The notes beneath the pieces are model-generated. The model did not search any database and had not been told where the DNA came from. It saw only the letters and a program-made list of their open reading frames with translations. A stretch of DNA of 64,000 nucleotides, from NCBI GenBank assembly GCA_963422685.1, contig OY730442.1, positions 1,991,847 to 2,055,846 of the forward strand, read 5' to 3'. The translations under genes and the position numbers were made by a program. The first letter of the stretch is position 1. The number at the start of each line of letters is the position of its first letter. Of the stretch, positions 1 to 9,236 are shown piece by piece. The DNA comes from Arenicellales bacterium (GTDB taxonomy: Bacteria > Pseudomonadota > Gammaproteobacteria > Arenicellales > Poriferihabitantaceae).

Positions 1-1
1 C

Positions 2-667
2 TGCCGGAGTTTTTATCGCTATCTGCTGAAACAGGGCGAAGCGGCGGTAAATCCTTTTGCTGGGATTAGCGCACCAAAGTCATCGAAAAAACTGCCGCCG
101 ACTTTAAGCGTGGACGAACTCAGTGGCTTGCTTGGGCAGCATGACGGCTCGATACTGTCCGTTCGGGATCACGCCATGTTGGAGTTGTTTTACTCTTCAG
201 GGCTGCGTTTGTTTGAACTGGCCGCGCTGCAGGCTAACTCCATTGATTTTCAACAGGCCCAGGTACGGGTTATGGGTAAAGGAAACAAGCAAAGAATCGT
301 GCCGGTGGGGCGAAAAGCCAGCGAAGCCATACAAACATGGCTGCGGATACGGCCCCGGCTCGCGCAACCGGATGAAAGCGCGTTGTTTGTAAACCGGGCC
401 GGAAACAGGCTGGGTGTTCGAGGAATCCAGTACAGACTGAATCAATGGGCGAAACGCACAGGCCTTGGCCGCAGGCTCCATCCCCACATGCTGCGTCATT
501 CATTCGCAAGCCACATGCTTGAATCCAGCGGCGACCTGCGTGCCGTGCAGGAAATGCTCGGTCATTCAGACATAGCAACAACCCAGATTTATACGCATCT
601 GGACTTCCAGCATCTGGCCAGGGTTTACGACAACGCCCACCCCAGAGCCCGAAAATCGCCTAAGTGA
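2..667 (+). CDS. xerC: Tyrosine recombinase XerC, 3' part (5' end lies outside the window)
   Basis: The frame is open from base 2 (CRSFYRYLLKQGEAAVNPF...). The C-terminus HMLRHSFASHMLESSGDLRAVQEMLGHSDIATTQIYTHLDFQHLARVYDNAHPRA carries the R..HxxR..Y catalytic-region signature. The LDFQHLA.VYD.AHPRA tail is typical of XerC. Confidence 0.85.
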   Translation, partial: CRSFYRYLLKQGEAAVNPFAGISAPKSSKKLPPTLSVDELSGLLGQHDGSILSVRDHAMLELFYSSGLRLFELAALQANSIDFQQAQVRVMGKGNKQRIVPVGRKASEAIQTWLRIRPRLAQPDESALFVNRAGNRLGVRGIQYRLNQWAKRTGLGRRLHPHMLRHSFASHMLESSGDLRAVQEMLGHSDIATTQIYTHLDFQHLARVYDNAHPRARKSPK

Positions 668-830
668 TTTGGCCGTTTCCCACCTGCCCACCGGACACCC
701 GTGAACCGGAAAGGCTGGTGTGGGGTAATTCATCCCGGGGCACATAATGTTGCTGTCATTAACCCGCGGTCCACGGTGCCGCCAGGCCGATTTGCCCGGA
801 CACAGCCGCACTTTCTTGGCTGACCGGCGA

Positions 831-859
831 TTGATATAAGTCAGCGTGGCGGATATAGT
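831..859 (+). promoter_or_regulatory. Candidate sigma70 promoter for hppA (TTGATA-N17-TATAGT)
   Basis: TTGATA lies at 831-836 and TATAGT at 854-859 with an exact 17-nt spacer, about 50 nt upstream of the hppA ATG. This is a sequence match only. Confidence 0.4.
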
Positions 860-910
860 TCGCCGTCAAATTTTTTCACAGATTAACGCTGTTACAGTGG
901 AGCAAATTCA

Positions 911-2911
911 ATGATTCAATCATTACCAATGATTTCGGGTGGAGCCGGGCTTCTCGTCGCTCTCGCGGTTTATATAATGGTATTAAAATACCCGGCCGGG
1001 GAAGGCAGGGTTGCCGACATTGCAGAGCAGATTCATCGGGGTGCCATGGTGTTTATGCGCCGGGAATACAGTTATTTGCTGGGATTCGTCGCGGTAGTGG
1101 CAATTCTGCTTTTTTTCTCGGACCTGGGCGCAAACACCGCGCTCGCCTTTTTAGTCGGCGCGGCCTGTTCGGCCATTGCCGGATATATTGGCATGTTCGC
1201 GGCCACCCGCGCTAACGTAAGAACCACCACAGCAGCACAACAAGAAGGCGCCGAAGAGGCATTGGCTGTGGCTTTTTTCGGCGGTTCGGTCATGGGTTTA
1301 TGCGTGGCTTCCATGGGCCTGCTGGGCATTGGTTTTCTGTATTTGTTGTACGGCGCAGACCCCGAAACGGCGCATGTCATCCACGGTTTTGGAATGGGCG
1401 CATCCTCTGTGGCGTTATTTTCAAGGGTCGGCGGTGGAATCTTTACCAAAAGTGCGGATGTGGGTGCCGATCTGGTTGGCAAGGTCGAAGCGGGGATTCC
1501 AGAAGACGATCCCCGTAATCCAGGCGTCATAGCCGACAACGTCGGGGACAACGTGGGCGATGTTGCCGGAATGGGATCGGATATTTTCGAATCTTACTGC
1601 GGCTCTATCATTGCCACCATCGCCATTGCCTCCACTTTGCCGGCGACGGTTTTCGCGGTATTGGGCGCGCAATCAACCTTGATGTTTTTACCGCTTGGGC
1701 TGGCTGCTGCGGGATTAGTCTGTTCAGTCCTTGGAATCGTCATAGTGAAAATGAATGCCGCCCGATCACCAGAATCAGCGCTTCGCATTGGCACCATCGG
1801 TGCCACCCTGCTGTTTATGGCAGTCGCTTATGCGGTGATCAGGTATCTCGACGTGAACGCCAGTGTTTGGGGTGCAGTGGCCGTGGGGGCTTTGGGTGGC
1901 ATTGGAATTGGATTAATTACCGAATACTACACTGGCGGCAAACCGGTTCGCGATATTGCCAAAAGTGGCGAAACCGGCCCAGCTACAGTGATGATCACCG
2001 GTCTGGCTGTCGGCATGGAATCGGTGGTGGTGCCTTTGTTGATCATCGCAGCGATTATATGGATCTCAACCGGATTAATCGGACTTTATGGAGTCGGTAT
2101 CGCGGCGGTGGGTATGCTGGCTACCGTGGGTATTACCATGGCTATCGATGCCTACGGCCCGGTGGCGGATAACGCTGGCGGTATTGCGGAAATGTCCGGC
2201 ATGGGAAAAGCGGTACGGGAAATTACCGATTCTCTGGATGAGCTCGGCAATACTACTGCGGCTATCGGCAAAGGTTTCGCCATCGGTGCGGCGGCACTCG
2301 CGGCGCTGGCCATCATCTCGGCATTTATCGAAACGGTATCCATACTGAAGCCCGGATTTTCGCTGGAATTAAGTAATCCGCAGGTATTGGCAGGCATTTT
2401 TCTCGGCGGTATTTTCCCGTTTCTGGTTTCCAGTATTACCATGAATGCGGTGGGCGCGGCAGCGTTTGAAATGATCCACGAAATCCGCAGACAATTCCGT
2501 GAGATCCCGGGATTAATGGAAGGCACCGCCGAGCCGGATTCGGATCGATGTGTGGATATTGCAACCCGTGCCGCATTGAAGCGCATGATTCTGCCTGGCG
2601 TGATTGCGGTTGCGGTACCGCCAGTGGTGGGATTTACATTAGGCGCTGAAGCGCTGGGCGGGATGCTGGGGGGGGCGCTGCTTGGCTGTGTGTTGATGGC
2701 GCTGACCATGGCCAATGCCGGTGGTGCATGGGATAACGCCAAAAAACATGTAGAGAAAGGCAATCTGGGCGGTAAAGGCTCGGACGTTCACGCCGCCACG
2801 GTGGTCGGCGACACCGTTGGCGACCCGTTCAAAGACACTTCCGGCCCATCAATGAATATCCTGATAAACGTCATGGCCATAGTGAGCCTGGTGATCGCGC
2901 CGCTGCTGTGA
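911..2911 (+). CDS. hppA: Membrane-bound proton-translocating inorganic pyrophosphatase (H+-PPase)
   Basis: This is a 666-aa polytopic protein with hallmark H+-PPase motifs ([77 protein letters not shown]). A GGAG sequence sits 7 nt upstream of the ATG. Confidence 0.95.
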   Translation: MIQSLPMISGGAGLLVALAVYIMVLKYPAGEGRVADIAEQIHRGAMVFMRREYSYLLGFVAVVAILLFFSDLGANTALAFLVGAACSAIAGYIGMFAATRANVRTTTAAQQEGAEEALAVAFFGGSVMGLCVASMGLLGIGFLYLLYGADPETAHVIHGFGMGASSVALFSRVGGGIFTKSADVGADLVGKVEAGIPEDDPRNPGVIADNVGDNVGDVAGMGSDIFESYCGSIIATIAIASTLPATVFAVLGAQSTLMFLPLGLAAAGLVCSVLGIVIVKMNAARSPESALRIGTIGATLLFMAVAYAVIRYLDVNASVWGAVAVGALGGIGIGLITEYYTGGKPVRDIAKSGETGPATVMITGLAVGMESVVVPLLIIAAIIWISTGLIGLYGVGIAAVGMLATVGITMAIDAYGPVADNAGGIAEMSGMGKAVREITDSLDELGNTTAAIGKGFAIGAAALAALAIISAFIETVSILKPGFSLELSNPQVLAGIFLGGIFPFLVSSITMNAVGAAAFEMIHEIRRQFREIPGLMEGTAEPDSDRCVDIATRAALKRMILPGVIAVAVPPVVGFTLGAEALGGMLGGALLGCVLMALTMANAGGAWDNAKKHVEKGNLGGKGSDVHAATVVGDTVGDPFKDTSGPSMNILINVMAIVSLVIAPLL

Positions 2912-3027
2912 TTGCGTTATCTGAAGGCTTGGTTTCTTTATGAGCCTGGTTTCTTGATGAAGTGTAATCCCTTAACGGTCATACTGTTTTCAAGCAGGTC
3001 CGGCAATCGCTGGGATTGTCCTGGTGT

Positions 3028-3219
3028 CTAAGTGAACCGTTGCCCCGGGACAAAATCGAATATTTGGTCCAGCCTGAATTCCGTTATCAATTGATCCACT
3101 GCCTTTTGTCCATGTTGTTTTTGTACTTCGGTCAGGATCAGCTGGGCCGAATGCCGGTTGTATGATCCGCCAAAATCGGCCTGAACTTTTATCAGTTTTC
3201 GCGCCTTGTCCAGGGTCAT
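3028..3219 (-). CDS. Small hypothetical protein (63 aa), translationally coupled to pfp
   Basis: Its ATG overlaps the pfp stop codon as ATGA (3216-3219 on the minus strand). The sequence is hydrophilic and helical-looking, and I recognise no family. Confidence 0.55.
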   Translation of the reverse strand: MTLDKARKLIKVQADFGGSYNRHSAQLILTEVQKQHGQKAVDQLITEFRLDQIFDFVPGQRFT

Positions 3220-4481
3220 AATACGAATTTGCCGTTTAACTTCTTCCTGACCGGGATATTTTTTAATCGAACATAGTCGGGCAGCCCGTTTTTATAGGGC
3301 GGGTAATCTTCACCCAGCATAAGCGGCGCCAGATAGTTTCGGCATTTTTGGGTAATACTGAAGCCGTCTTCGCTGATAAAGTCGCTGGGCATCATTTTTT
3401 CTACATTGGCGACGTGGCTGAGATCAGCTTTGCCGATTTTCCAGCGATACGGTTTGCTGCTCAGCCGGACTATGGCAGGCATCACCGAATTCTCGCCCTG
3501 CAATGCCAACTGAACGGCCGCTTCTCCCAGGGCATAGGCCTGGTCCACGTCGGTTTTCGATGCGATGTGCCGCGCAGAACGCTGCATATAATCCGCTACC
3601 GCCCAGTGAAATTTATAGGCCAGATCCTGTTTTATCATGTTGGCAATAACCGGGGCCACGCCGCCCAGCTGGGCGTGGCCGAATGCGTCCACCAAGCCCT
3701 GGTCGGAAAGGTATTTCCCCGTTCGATCGCGCACCCCTTCTGATACCACAACGGACACATATCCGTATTCGCGTACTTTGCGTTTAACCGCGGCCATGAA
3801 TTTCCTGCGGTTAAAAGTAATTTCGGGAAACAACACAATAATCGGGATCTCGGTTTTGCTGTCCGCAGCCATTGCCCCGGCTGCTGCGATCCAGCCGGCG
3901 TGACGCCCCATGACTTCAAGTACAAAAACTTTGGTTGAGGTGCTGGCCATGGACGCGACATCAAAGCTGGCTTCCCGGGTAGAGACCGCAATGTATTTGG
4001 CGACGGAACCAAATCCCGGGCAGTTGTCGGTGGCGGGCAGATCATTATCAACAGTTTTTGGAATATGGATTGCCTGTACCGGGTACCCCAGCGTGTTTGC
4101 GAGCCGGGAAATTTTCAGGCAGGTATCGGCAGAATCGCCGCCGCCGTTATAAAAAAAATAGCCGATGTTGTGCGCCGCGAATACGGCGATTAATCTTTCA
4201 TGCTCGCGCCGGTTTTCTGCGAGACTTTTCAGCTTATAACGGCAGGAACCGAACGCCCCGGCGGGGGTATGTCTGAGCCTGGCGATTGCTGTGGCCGATT
4301 CTCTGGAAGTGTCAATCAGGTCTTCGGTTAATGCGCCGATAATGCCATTTCGACCCGCGTAAACCTTGCCAATCTCGTCTTTGTTGTTCCGGGCGGTTTC
4401 TATTAGCCCGGCCGCAGAGGCATTAATCACTGCGGTGACGCCGCCGGACTGCGCATAAAAAGCATTCTTTTTTGATTTCAT
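3216..4481 (-). CDS. pfp: Pyrophosphate-dependent 6-phosphofructokinase (PPi-PFK type)
   Basis: PFK-family motifs are present (AQSGGVTAVINAS, YNGGGDSADT, MGRHAGWIA). The Lys in IPKTVDNDL, where ATP-PFKs have Gly, favours PPi use. The listed ORF runs to 4610, but the N-terminal 43 aa are Arg-rich junk, so I start at MKSKKNAFYAQSGG (ATG at 4481, AAGG upstream), giving about 421 aa. It sits next to hppA. Confidence 0.85.
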   Translation of the reverse strand: MKSKKNAFYAQSGGVTAVINASAAGLIETARNNKDEIGKVYAGRNGIIGALTEDLIDTSRESATAIARLRHTPAGAFGSCRYKLKSLAENRREHERLIAVFAAHNIGYFFYNGGGDSADTCLKISRLANTLGYPVQAIHIPKTVDNDLPATDNCPGFGSVAKYIAVSTREASFDVASMASTSTKVFVLEVMGRHAGWIAAAGAMAADSKTEIPIIVLFPEITFNRRKFMAAVKRKVREYGYVSVVVSEGVRDRTGKYLSDQGLVDAFGHAQLGGVAPVIANMIKQDLAYKFHWAVADYMQRSARHIASKTDVDQAYALGEAAVQLALQGENSVMPAIVRLSSKPYRWKIGKADLSHVANVEKMMPSDFISEDGFSITQKCRNYLAPLMLGEDYPPYKNGLPDYVRLKNIPVRKKLNGKFVL

Positions 4482-4516
4482 TTGCCTTAAGGCTTTAACT
4501 TGTTCATGTCTATATT

Positions 4517-4891
4517 TCAGGATTTTATAGTTCCACCGTTTGCCCCGGAATCGACGCCTTCGCGCTCTCGTTCGTGGTCCGACTGGGTTTGGAGTGCTGC
4601 AGCAACGCATTCAGCAAGATCGCTGTATTGGTCAATTCCTGTTCCAAACTGGTCATGCGGCGTATAGAAAAATTGCGTCCGGTAATGGAAAATCCCGACT
4701 TTGAAGACGACAAAATTTGCGCCTCTTGCGTGCCAGAATACGGTGGGACAGCGGGTGACTTCGGCAGAATTTTTATCCAGCACGAGCTCGCAGTCCGCAA
4801 GCTCAATGGTCACGTCCTTTTTATATCGCTGCATTAGCATTTCGCGGATATTATGGAGCTCGGAATCGGTAAAATCCGGGACTAATGGCAT
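4517..4891 (-). CDS. Hypothetical protein (124 aa), first gene of the pfp operon
   Basis: This is a clean ORF 35 nt upstream of pfp on the same strand. The only competing ORFs are shorter shadow ORFs. I recognise no family. Confidence 0.55.
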   Translation of the reverse strand: MPLVPDFTDSELHNIREMLMQRYKKDVTIELADCELVLDKNSAEVTRCPTVFWHARGANFVVFKVGIFHYRTQFFYTPHDQFGTGIDQYSDLAECVAAALQTQSDHEREREGVDSGANGGTIKS

Positions 4892-5151
4892 GCTGTGGCA
4901 GGAGCGAAAAATATTACTGAGAAGGGGATTTTACAATAATTCAACCTGGCTGGTCCGGCGGTATTGAGGTCCGTTTCGGCATGATTTTCACGGCAGTCGG
5001 TCGTGGGCTGCTGTGTGTGGCAAAATCCTTATCCTCCAATCATGCAGAATCAGCCTGTGCCAAATGTCCGGGGAGCGAGGGCGTGTGAAATTATTCTGGC
5101 CGGCTGGTGCGCTGAAAAACAGCGGTTTGCCGCACATTCAGGGTATTTTGC

Positions 5152-5180
5152 TTGAAATTCCGCGTCAATCGGGTTAGATT
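5152..5180 (+). promoter_or_regulatory. Candidate sigma70 promoter for rpmH-rnpA (TTGAAA-N17-TAGATT)
   Basis: TTGAAA lies at 5152-5157 and TAGATT at 5175-5180 with a 17-nt spacer, about 33 nt upstream of the rpmH ATG. Confidence 0.45.
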
Positions 5181-5212
5181 GCGCAACCCTTGAAGGTCAT
5201 CGAAATACTGCC

Positions 5213-5347
5213 ATGAAACGTACATTTCAGCCCAGTGAAATCAAACGTAAAAGAACCCACGGTTTTCGCGCGAGAATGCGCACCCGTGGCGGGCGGGCGG
5301 TGATCAACGCCCGGCGTGCCAAAGGTCGTGCTCACCTGAGTGCTTAA
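5213..5347 (+). CDS. rpmH: 50S ribosomal protein L34
   Basis: It is absent from the ORF track because it is under 60 aa. My manual translation is [44 protein letters not shown], the canonical L34 sequence, directly upstream of rnpA. Confidence 0.95.
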   Translation: MKRTFQPSEIKRKRTHGFRARMRTRGGRAVINARRAKGRAHLSA

Positions 5348-5372
5348 AACAGCGTCTGAGACTGGCTGACCC

Positions 5373-5738
5373 ATGCCGCCAACCGCGGCACGCACAGGAC
5401 GCCAAAACAGGCTTCTGAACAGTACCCAGTTCAGCGCGGTTTTTAATAACAGAAAGTCGGTTCACGGCAAATTCTTCAGTTTCCACGTTGCACGAAATGC
5501 TTTTGATTACCCCCGTTTGGGATTGGCCGTGTCGCGCCGAGTCAGCAAAAAAGCAGTTCAGCGCAATCGGATCAAGCGGCAGATCAGAGCCTCTTTCAGG
5601 TTGTGTCCGGTGGATTTATCACATATCGATTTCGTAGTCTTGGCCAAGGCAGGCTGCGCGGATCAAATCAACCCGGTGCTGCGTGTTGAATTGGACAAGT
5701 TGTGGAACAGAGCGAGAGAAAAATGCGAAAACTGCTGA
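5373..5738 (+). CDS. rnpA: Ribonuclease P protein component
   Basis: This 121-aa basic protein (LGLAVSRRVSKKAVQRNRIKRQIR) sits in the conserved rpmH-rnpA-yidD-yidC order. Confidence 0.9.
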   Translation: MPPTAARTGRQNRLLNSTQFSAVFNNRKSVHGKFFSFHVARNAFDYPRLGLAVSRRVSKKAVQRNRIKRQIRASFRLCPVDLSHIDFVVLAKAGCADQINPVLRVELDKLWNRAREKCENC

Positions 5739-5953
5739 TTGGATTAATAAAGACGTATAAAGTGACGCTTAGTCCGTTTCTTGGGCAGAACTGCCGGTTC
5801 CAGCCGGGATGCGCCAGCTATGCCATGGAGGCTATAGAAAAACACGGGTCAATGCGCGGAAGCTGGCTGACACTCAAACGAATCGGTCGTTGCCACCCCT
5901 GGCATGAAGGTGGCTATGACCCGGTTCCGGATTGCAAACAAATGTTGCGGTGA
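5723..5953 (+). CDS. yidD: Membrane protein insertion efficiency factor YidD
   Basis: It carries the signature CRFQPGCASYAMEAIEKHG...RIGRCHPWHEGGYDPVP. I prefer the ATG at 5723 (MRKLLIGLIKTYK) over the GTG at 5702. It overlaps the end of rnpA, as is usual. Confidence 0.85.
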   Translation: MRKLLIGLIKTYKVTLSPFLGQNCRFQPGCASYAMEAIEKHGSMRGSWLTLKRIGRCHPWHEGGYDPVPDCKQMLR

Positions 5954-6046
5954 ATATTTGTGGCAAATGGTAAAAAAGATAACATTTGCGGGTTTAATTT
6001 GTAGAATTCGTACAGAATAAAACAGCAATCGACAACCTTTAACTCT

Positions 6047-7744
6047 ATGCCCTTTCAACGAATAATGCTGCTGGTCGCGCTGGGTTTGGTGCTGGTGATG
6101 ATCTGGCAGTCCTGGGGAGAATTTCAGCACAACTACGCTCAACCCAATGCCGGCCAGGCCGGCCAAAGCCCTGCTGAAACGGATTCTGGCAATGCTGCGA
6201 GCAGCAATTTAAGTGAAGACGTGCCGGATGCGCCGGAGGTGCGCTCATCCGAAAATGACAACGCAGCGGATATTCAATCTGCAACCCGGACCGTGTCCAG
6301 CACGGGACAGATAATCAATATCTCGACCGATCTGATCAATGCACAAATAGATACTCAGGGCGGCGATCTTGTTCGCGTTGAATTAATCAGGCATCCGGTC
6401 AGCGTGGATGCGCCGCAGCAGCCGTTCGTTCTCATGCACCGCGATAATCCTGGATTATTTGTTGCCCAAAGCGGCCTGATCGGAAAGGGTCGTGACTACC
6501 CAAACCATAACGTCCTGTTTTCTGCTTCCAGGCTTGAATACCAACTGGGAGATTCTGAAAATCTCGATGTTACTTTAAGCTGGACTGCACAAGATGGGGT
6601 CGCCTACGAAAAAGTATTTCGCTTTAAGCGCGACAGCTATCGTATCGACGTGGATTTTCGCATCGTCAACCACAGCGGTCAGGACTGGGTTGGATTTGCT
6701 TACGGGCAATTAAAGCAAACCGAGATTGAGCAACCCGGGTCAATGGGGTTTCTGGGCAGGCTGCCGAGCTATAACGGCGCTGCGATTTATACACAGGAAG
6801 AAAAATACGAAAAGATTGATTATGGTGAAATCAGGGAAAGTGCCTTGAATGTGACCACCCCGGTCGGCTGGGTAGCCATGCTGCAGCATTATTTTGTGGC
6901 GGCCTGGCTGCCGACAGACTCCGATAACTATCAATTATATTCCGGCATAAGCCATAACACTGCAAAGCCGCAATATCGCATCGGATACAAAACCACCCAA
7001 CCGGTCACCATCCCAGCCGGATCAAGTGGAGAGATCCACACCGCGCTGTTTGTCGGCCCCAAGGAGCAGGTTCGGTTGGACCGGCAGAATGTGGAAGGTT
7101 TGAAGCTGACCGTTGACTATGGCTGGCTCACCCCCATTGCCAGTCCGCTGTTTTGGCTGCTGACCAAGATTCATGGGCTGGTGCAAAACTGGGGCTGGTC
7201 GATTATTCTGTTAACCGTTTTGGTCAAAGGTGTTTTTTACCCGCTGTCTGCAGCCAGCTACAAGTCCATGGCGAAGATGAAAAAGTTACAGCCCCGCATG
7301 GTTACGCTAAAGGAGCGTTATGCCGACGACAAGCCCAAATTTCAGCAGGAAATGATGAAGCTGTACAAGGCGGAAAAAGTAAACCCCGCGGGCGGTTGTT
7401 TGCCGGTTCTGGTGCAGATTCCGGTTTTTATCGCGTTGTACTGGGTGTTGTTGGAAAGTGTGGAATTACGACAGGCGGACTTTATGTTTTGGCTGAATGA
7501 TCTGTCTCTGCCCGACCCCTATTTTGTCCTGCCGGTTATTATGGGCGCATCCATGATCGCCCAGCATTTCCTCAATCCGGCGCCGGTTGATCCCCTTCAG
7601 AAGAAAATAATGATGGCATTGCCGTTTGTCTTTACCATTTTCTTCTTGTGGTTTCCCGCCGGGCTAGTGCTTTACTGGGTGGTAAATAACCTGCTTTCCA
7701 TCGCCCAGCAATACTATATCTCAAAAAAATACCAGGCCGCCTGA
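6047..7744 (+). CDS. yidC: Membrane protein insertase YidC
   Basis: The 565-aa protein has an N-terminal TM, a large periplasmic domain, and the conserved C-terminal 60-kDa-IMP core (WGWSIILLTVLVKGVFYPLS, GCLPVLVQIPVFIALYWVL). Confidence 0.95.
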   Translation: MPFQRIMLLVALGLVLVMIWQSWGEFQHNYAQPNAGQAGQSPAETDSGNAASSNLSEDVPDAPEVRSSENDNAADIQSATRTVSSTGQIINISTDLINAQIDTQGGDLVRVELIRHPVSVDAPQQPFVLMHRDNPGLFVAQSGLIGKGRDYPNHNVLFSASRLEYQLGDSENLDVTLSWTAQDGVAYEKVFRFKRDSYRIDVDFRIVNHSGQDWVGFAYGQLKQTEIEQPGSMGFLGRLPSYNGAAIYTQEEKYEKIDYGEIRESALNVTTPVGWVAMLQHYFVAAWLPTDSDNYQLYSGISHNTAKPQYRIGYKTTQPVTIPAGSSGEIHTALFVGPKEQVRLDRQNVEGLKLTVDYGWLTPIASPLFWLLTKIHGLVQNWGWSIILLTVLVKGVFYPLSAASYKSMAKMKKLQPRMVTLKERYADDKPKFQQEMMKLYKAEKVNPAGGCLPVLVQIPVFIALYWVLLESVELRQADFMFWLNDLSLPDPYFVLPVIMGASMIAQHFLNPAPVDPLQKKIMMALPFVFTIFFLWFPAGLVLYWVVNNLLSIAQQYYISKKYQAA

Positions 7745-7759
7745 GTCCATTTCTGACCA

Positions 7760-9112
7760 GTGGCAAATCCGCAAAGTCGGCGGCTCGACAATATCGTAGC
7801 GGTGGCGACGCCGCCAGGGAGGGGGGGCATCAGCATTGTCCGGCTATCCGGCCCGGATGTGCCGATGATCACGCAGGAATTTTTCGGTCAGCACCTGAAA
7901 CCAGGGTATGCGCATCATAGGGATTTCAGGGATAGCGATAATTCCATAATCGACAACGGCATAGCGCTGTTCTTTTCTGCGCCACACAGCTTCACCGGCG
8001 AACACGTTTTGGAATTACAGGGGCATGGTAGTCCAGTTGTTATGCAAATGCTGGTTCGACGCTGTTTGCAGTCAGGCGCCAGGTTGGCAAGGCCGGGCGA
8101 GTTTAGCGAGCGGGCATTTTTCAACGGGCGCCTGGACTTGACCCAGGCCGAAGCCGTAGCCGATTTAATCCAAAGCAGCACCGAATCTGCGGCACGTTCG
8201 GCAGTAAAATCTTTACAGGGTGGTTTCTCCGAAAGAGTGAACCAATTGGCCGCTGAAGTGATCCGTCTCAGAATTTTCGTTGAAGCGGCCATAGATTTCC
8301 CCGACGAAGAGATTGATTTTTTGCAGGACAGCAATGTGATTGCGCAGCTCGAAAAATTGGCCATGCGGTTTAAATCGCTCAAGGCGTTGGTGAAGCAGGG
8401 GAGGCTTTTGCGCGACGGCCTGAAAGTTGTATTGACCGGCTTACCCAACGCTGGCAAATCCAGCCTGCTCAATGCGCTTTCCGGCCAAGACCGGGCCATC
8501 GTCAGCACTGTTCCTGGAACCACTCGTGATGTGTTGGAGCAAATTATCGAAATTGATGGATTGCCCGTGGAAATTGTCGATACCGCCGGGATACGTGACA
8601 CCATCAGCGAAATTGAGGCAGAAGGCGTTCGGCGCGCCTTACAGGCGCAGCAACAGGCGGACCTCATTATCCTGGTGATTGATGATACCAGTGCCAGTGA
8701 AGATCAGATTGCGTCAATGCTGCATGATCAGGGCGGCGCCATCCCGGTGCTGCTCCTTAGAAACAAGATTGATTTGACCCATCGAACCGCAGTAAAGCGA
8801 GGAAATGAAATTTATGTTTCCGCTTTGACCGGTCAGGGATTGCCTTTAATCAGGGAAGAAATTAAGCAAATTGCCGGATTTCGACAGGTCGACGACAGCC
8901 AGTTTCTCGCCAGGGAGCGCCATGTGGATGCGTTATTGCGGGCAGAGCAATTTCTCAAAAATGGCCTGGAGCAGCAAACAAAATTCACAGCGGGAGAATT
9001 GTTGGCGGATGATTTGAGGTCTTGTCAAAACGTGCTGGGAGAAATAACCGGTGCGGTCAGTAGCGATGATTTGCTGGGGATGATATTCCGTTCATTCTGC
9101 ATTGGAAAATAG
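7760..9112 (+). CDS. mnmE: tRNA modification GTPase MnmE
   Basis: It has a GTG start, the motifs VATPPGRGGISIVRLSG and the G1 loop GLPNAGKSSLLNAL, and the C-terminal CIGK motif. Confidence 0.95.
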   Translation: MANPQSRRLDNIVAVATPPGRGGISIVRLSGPDVPMITQEFFGQHLKPGYAHHRDFRDSDNSIIDNGIALFFSAPHSFTGEHVLELQGHGSPVVMQMLVRRCLQSGARLARPGEFSERAFFNGRLDLTQAEAVADLIQSSTESAARSAVKSLQGGFSERVNQLAAEVIRLRIFVEAAIDFPDEEIDFLQDSNVIAQLEKLAMRFKSLKALVKQGRLLRDGLKVVLTGLPNAGKSSLLNALSGQDRAIVSTVPGTTRDVLEQIIEIDGLPVEIVDTAGIRDTISEIEAEGVRRALQAQQQADLIILVIDDTSASEDQIASMLHDQGGAIPVLLLRNKIDLTHRTAVKRGNEIYVSALTGQGLPLIREEIKQIAGFRQVDDSQFLARERHVDALLRAEQFLKNGLEQQTKFTAGELLADDLRSCQNVLGEITGAVSSDDLLGMIFRSFCIGK

Positions 9113-9236
9113 CAGAACCCTGTTCGTTATGTATAATTCACACGGACAATTCCACGGTATATATATCAATTGGATGCTGATAATATATGGCTTTAACAAT
9201 GAACAGGCCCGGCATTTCTCCCCTGCATAAATTGCT

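Noticed and set aside
4892-5212. oriC or a DnaA-box cluster upstream of rpmH
   Set aside because: I scanned by eye for TTATCCACA/TGTGGATAA-like 9-mers and found only one poor match (ttatcctcc). There is no AT-rich 13-mer cluster and no GATC enrichment. dnaA itself is absent from the window.
7915-8667. Long antisense ORFs inside well-supported genes: 7915-8667 in mnmE, 13368-14057 and 12105-12710 in mnmG, 16355-17002 in adhC, 19177-19917 in fusA, 25812-26423 in rplV/rpsC, 2152-2763 in hppA, 49618-50346 in prfB, 45897-46523 in glyA
   Set aside because: All lie opposite highly conserved genes and are rich in Arg/Ser/Pro/Cys, as expected for shadow frames of mid or high-GC coding DNA. None has independent support.
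9109-9137. A sigma70 promoter for the stator-like module (TATAAT at 9132-9137)
   Set aside because: The -10 hexamer is perfect, but the best -35 at 17-nt spacing (atagca) is poor, and the TG immediately upstream is mis-spaced for an extended -10. I mention it in the findings but do not list it as a feature.
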